From NCBI GenBank assembly GCA_965261735.1, contig OZ253470.1:3520001-3584000 (forward strand): 64,000 bases of DNA. Reading direction: 5' to 3'. Positions within the stretch are counted from its first letter, which is position 1. Each line of letters starts with the position of its first letter. The translations under genes were made by a program, and so were the position numbers. Origin of the DNA: Alphaproteobacteria bacterium (lineage in GTDB: Bacteria; Pseudomonadota; Alphaproteobacteria; SHVV01). The notes under the pieces were generated by a model that did no database searches, was not told the origin of the DNA, and saw nothing but the letters and a program-made list of their open reading frames with translations. This document shows positions 60,650 through 64,000 of this stretch, piece by piece.

Positions 60650-62099
60650 GATCGTGTCCCGCGGAGTGGTGTAAGAGCGTTGCGCTCTACGCGGCTCCCG
60701 GCGGGTAGGGCCGGGACGTTCAGGCTGCCACGGTGGGCAGCGTGATGGGGACACCATCGCTCAGCGGAGCGATGGATTCCAGCGTCATGTATCTCCTTGA
60801 GACGGCCCACTCGTCGTTCTGCTCGAGAAGGATGGCGCCGACGAGCCGTGTGATGGCGGCTTCGTTGGGAAAGATACCGACGACGTTGGTGCGACGCTTG
60901 ACCTCGGCATGGAGCCGTTCGATCGGGTTTGTGGAGTGCAATTTCTGGCGGTGCTCCCTGGGGAAGCTCATGTAGGCGAGGACGTCGTGCTCGGCTTCGT
61001 CCATGAGAACTGCCAGCTTGGGCACCTTGGGCCTGAGCTGGTCGGCGACCTGGCGCCACTGGACCTTCGCGCTTGTCGGCGTCCTCCTGGGCGAAGGCGG
61101 TGGCGACGAAGGCGGAGACGACGCGCCGGCCCTGGCGGCCGGCATGGGCCAGCAGGTTGCGGGCGAAGTGCACGCGGCAGCGCTGCCATGTGGCGCCGAG
61201 GATCCGGGTCGCGGCGGCCTTCAGGCCCTTGTGGTCGTCGGAGATCACCAGCTTCACGCCGCGCAGCCCGCGCCGGGCCAGCGAGCGCAGGAACTCGGTC
61301 CAGAAGGTCTCGGCCTCCGACGCGCCGATCGCCACGCCCAGGACCTCGCGGCGGCCTTGGTCGTTGACGGCCACAGCCACGGTCACCGCGACCGAGACGA
61401 TGCGTCCGGTCTGGCGCACCTTCACGTAGGTGGCGTCGAGCCACAGATAGGGCCAGTCGCCCTCCAGCGGTCGATCGAGGAAGCCGGTGACCTTATCGTC
61501 GATCTCGCCGCACAGCCTGGAGACCTGGCTCTTGGAGGCGCCCGACATCCCCATCGCCTGAACCAGATCGTCGACCGAGCGGGTCGACACCCCCTGGATG
61601 TAGGCCTCCTGGATCACCGCAGCCAGCGCCTTCTCGGCCATCCGCCGCGGCTCCAGGAAGCCCGGGAAGTAGCTTCCCTTCCTCAGCTTCGGGATCTTCA
61701 GCTCGACCGTGCCGGCCCGCGTCTCCCAGGACCGGTCGCGGTAGCCGTTGCGATGGGTGATACGATCCGCCGAGCGCTCGCCGTGCCCGGCGCCGGTCAG
61801 GCCCTCAACCTCCAGTGCCATCAGCCGCTCGGCCGTGAAGCCGATCATCTCGCAAAGCAGATCGGCATCGGAGCTCTTCTCCAAAAGCGCGCGCAGGGTC
61901 ATCATGTCCTGGGTCATCGTGGTTCTCCTTCGGGTCAGGTTGGTTTGCACTAGCCCAACCCTAAACCGGAACCGCGATGGCCTCCGCTGTGGATAGCCGG
62001 CTTGCCTACGCCAGACTCTCGGCGGTCGCTACGGCAAGCCGCCTACCCACAGCTAACAGAGGCTCCAACAACTCCTACACCACGTCCTGGGACACGACC
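60650..62099 (-). mobile_element. IS256-family element C, copy 3 (transposase frameshifted)
   Basis: Both IRs present; extra T near 61074 (GCTTGTCGGC versus GCTGTCGGC); flanks do not match. Confidence 0.92.
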
Positions 62100-62669
62100 T
62101 AATTTACCATATGAGTGAGTTGCATTTTGTCTTTGATTCACCCGCCACCAGTTCCGAAAAACACCCCGATGCCCCCCCCCGAAACGCGGGCGAAGCAACC
62201 TCCGAGTGACCGAAGCCTTCCGGTGCGATGCCGGCGATCGATCGCCCATCCTTTGCGGAACTGTTGCGTGAGCGATTCCGTTCAACATAATCGCGCTTGA
62301 GGTTTTCCTTCGGTGCGCGCGGGGGTCCGGCGTCCGGTAGGAGCCTGGGTCTTTCGAGCGGGATGCGGTGCCGGTGCATCGCCCGGCTTGCCCCGGCCGG
62401 CGATGCCGGTTGGGGCGGATTGGACGAGCGACCGAACGATCCCGCGGCGTGGCGGACATGAGGGCGATGGCAAGCCACGCCTGGCGCTGCCGGGCGACCT
62501 GCCGAAATCGTTGCAGTATCTCGACGACGGCCAGCTTGACGAGCCGATGCGGGCTGGCTGGCGGAGGCGCGCCGACGGGGATGGAGAGTGGGAACGACGA
62601 TGCCGGTTCATCCACGAGGCGTCGCAAAATCTCGGCGCCGGCGGAGGTTCGCCCTAGATATTCTGTAGG

Positions 62670-62953
62670 TCGTTGGTAGCGACCGTAAATTTCCCATTTG
62701 TAACGACCCAAATTTTCTCACTTTGGGCTTGTGCTGAAGGCGTACCGGGCCGCTCTGTTGGCTTTACCAACAGAGCGGGATCGGTGCGCGGATGTACAAA
62801 TCGGAAACCAGGATGTTGTTGAAGCACTATCTGGACCGGGGCGTCTCGAAGGCGGAGCTGTCGAGGCGGTTCGGGGTGAATCGTCGGACGATCCACAATT
62901 GGGTCGATACCGGCCAACTGGACCGGGATCTGGCGGCCGGTGCGCGAGGGTAC
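62670..62953 (+). pseudogene. istA: IS21-family left end and istA N-terminal stub
   Basis: Repeated CGACC..AAATTT.C units; MYKSETRMLLKHYLDRGVSKAELSRRFGVNRRTIHNW HTH. Confidence 0.7.
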
Positions 62954-63270
62954 GTGAAGGCCCTCAGGATGAAGCGGTGGAGGGAGAACCGTCCATCCCA
63001 TTAGTTGGGGTTGCGGCCGTGACAAGAAGGTCGAGGAGGTCTGTGGCGAGCATGCCTACGAGGGCATCTCCGGCCACGGCTGAGGCTCCACGGCCTCGGT
63101 CCGCGACGGCCGGAGTATGGCTGCACCGGTTTAGAAGACGTTGAAACCTACCTGAATGAGTGGCATGGGCAGGAAGAGCTTCCCCGCCTCATTGAAGAGT
63201 GCGCCCAGGCCGTAAGCGACGAGGCGTCCGGCTAAGCCATCCAGAGGATAAACGTCGAGTGTGGCCAAGG

Positions 63271-64000
63271 TCACAGCCACTCACGCTCGCGGAATGCCAC
63301 AAGATCGACGCCGGGCGGCGCATACCAGCCGCCTGCCGCGTATCGGGCGCCGAGCTGGAGTGCAACCTCCTTGTTGCCGTAAGGAATTCGCAATGGCGTG
63401 CCCGTCTGCGGACCCGTTCGGGCGTCGCCGGGTTGTGCCACCCTTTCTGCGGCGCTTGCAGATTTCCCCGTCCGCGGTGTTTTTGTTCCCGCTTTCTTCC
63501 CCTTCGCCGTGGAGGCGCGCTTACCGGCCGCTGACGCCTTGCGGCCCTTTGCAGGCTTCGGTTGCCGGTTCGCATCGATCCACGCCGACATTTCAGCAGT
63601 GCAGACCCTGGCCTCGTCTGGAATAGCGACGTCCTTTTCCCGCGCGATCGCCTCGGCAAACGATACTTGCGCTGGACTCGGCGGTCTGGGGCCCGTTTCT
63701 CCCGTGGGTTTCCTATCTGCATCCTGGGCTGTTCGCTCTGGAGCATGCAAATCCAGGAACGCCCGGCAGATCGCGCCCGATTTCGTATATCCCGCCGGCG
63801 GCTTGATACCCTTGTGCCGGGCGATCGAAGCGGCAAATTTCTTCATCGCAGCCGTCGGTGGTTGCTCGCCGCCGTTTTCCCTACTGAGAGCCATTCCCAG
63901 TTCAATTGCCTCCCCGGCAACGGCGCCGTCCCCGAGGCTGCCGATGATTCGCCGGGCGGCATCGCACACCGCGTCGATCGCGCCCATCATCTCCTGTTTG
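63271..64000 (-). CDS. Plasmid/ICE-type DNA topoisomerase III C-terminal region with DUF5710-like tail (5' part outside window)
   Basis: PPTAAMKKFA...CRAFLD, PSPAQVSFAEAIA...MSAWID and LRIPYGNKEVALQLGARY..GWYAPPG. Confidence 0.7.
   Translation of the reverse strand, partial: KQEMMGAIDAVCDAARRIIGSLGDGAVAGEAIELGMALSRENGGEQPPTAAMKKFAASIARHKGIKPPAGYTKSGAICRAFLDLHAPERTAQDADRKPTGETGPRPPSPAQVSFAEAIAREKDVAIPDEARVCTAEMSAWIDANRQPKPAKGRKASAAGKRASTAKGKKAGTKTPRTGKSASAAERVAQPGDARTGPQTGTPLRIPYGNKEVALQLGARYAAGGWYAPPGVDLVAFREREWL

Noticed and set aside
43031-62099. Composite transposon formed by the two co-oriented IS256-C copies
   Set aside because: The 43031 copy has its own TSD, and the outer flanks (CGGCGCGG versus TAATTTAC) do not match.
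1-64000. CRISPR array, rRNA, integron integrase, reverse transcriptase or DGR
   Set aside because: No regularly spaced repeats or matching motifs seen; long repeats are explained by IS copies.

Overview
GC-rich bacterial DNA, probably alphaproteobacterial (inferred from gene and IS types), in two parts. Positions 1-34 kb are a graveyard of insertion sequences (three different IS256-family elements, two IS1595-family elements, IS3, IS5, IS6, IS1380, ISKra4/ISLre2-like, ISL3 and IS110 pieces, and three kinds of MITE). Many are nested inside each other with readable target-site duplications. They surround remnants of a type IIG-like restriction-modification gene, phage terminase/HNH genes and a relaxase, plus a few intact cargo genes (TonB-dependent receptor, HigBA, NucS-like nuclease, Cache-domain protein). 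A 5'-truncated tRNA-Thr(UGU) with att-like flanking DNA lies at about 33.95 kb. Positions 34-60 kb hold catabolic genes: three Rieske oxygenase alpha and two beta subunits, hydrolases, transporters, a cysteine-less Lpd/SthA-like flavoprotein, and a flavin reductase / hydrolase / NicX-like dioxygenase / luciferase-like monooxygenase block. The most notable hidden feature is an ORF that the ORF track splits in two. 54230-55894 reads through an in-frame TGA in a D-U-G-S-C motif followed by a SECIS-like hairpin, giving a 554-aa UGSC-type selenoprotein fused to a second domain of unknown function beside the N-heterocycle-catabolic-like block. The window ends with cspA, another IS256 copy, an istA stub and a plasmid-type topoisomerase C-terminus. 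All calls come from motif recognition by eye; no searches were run.
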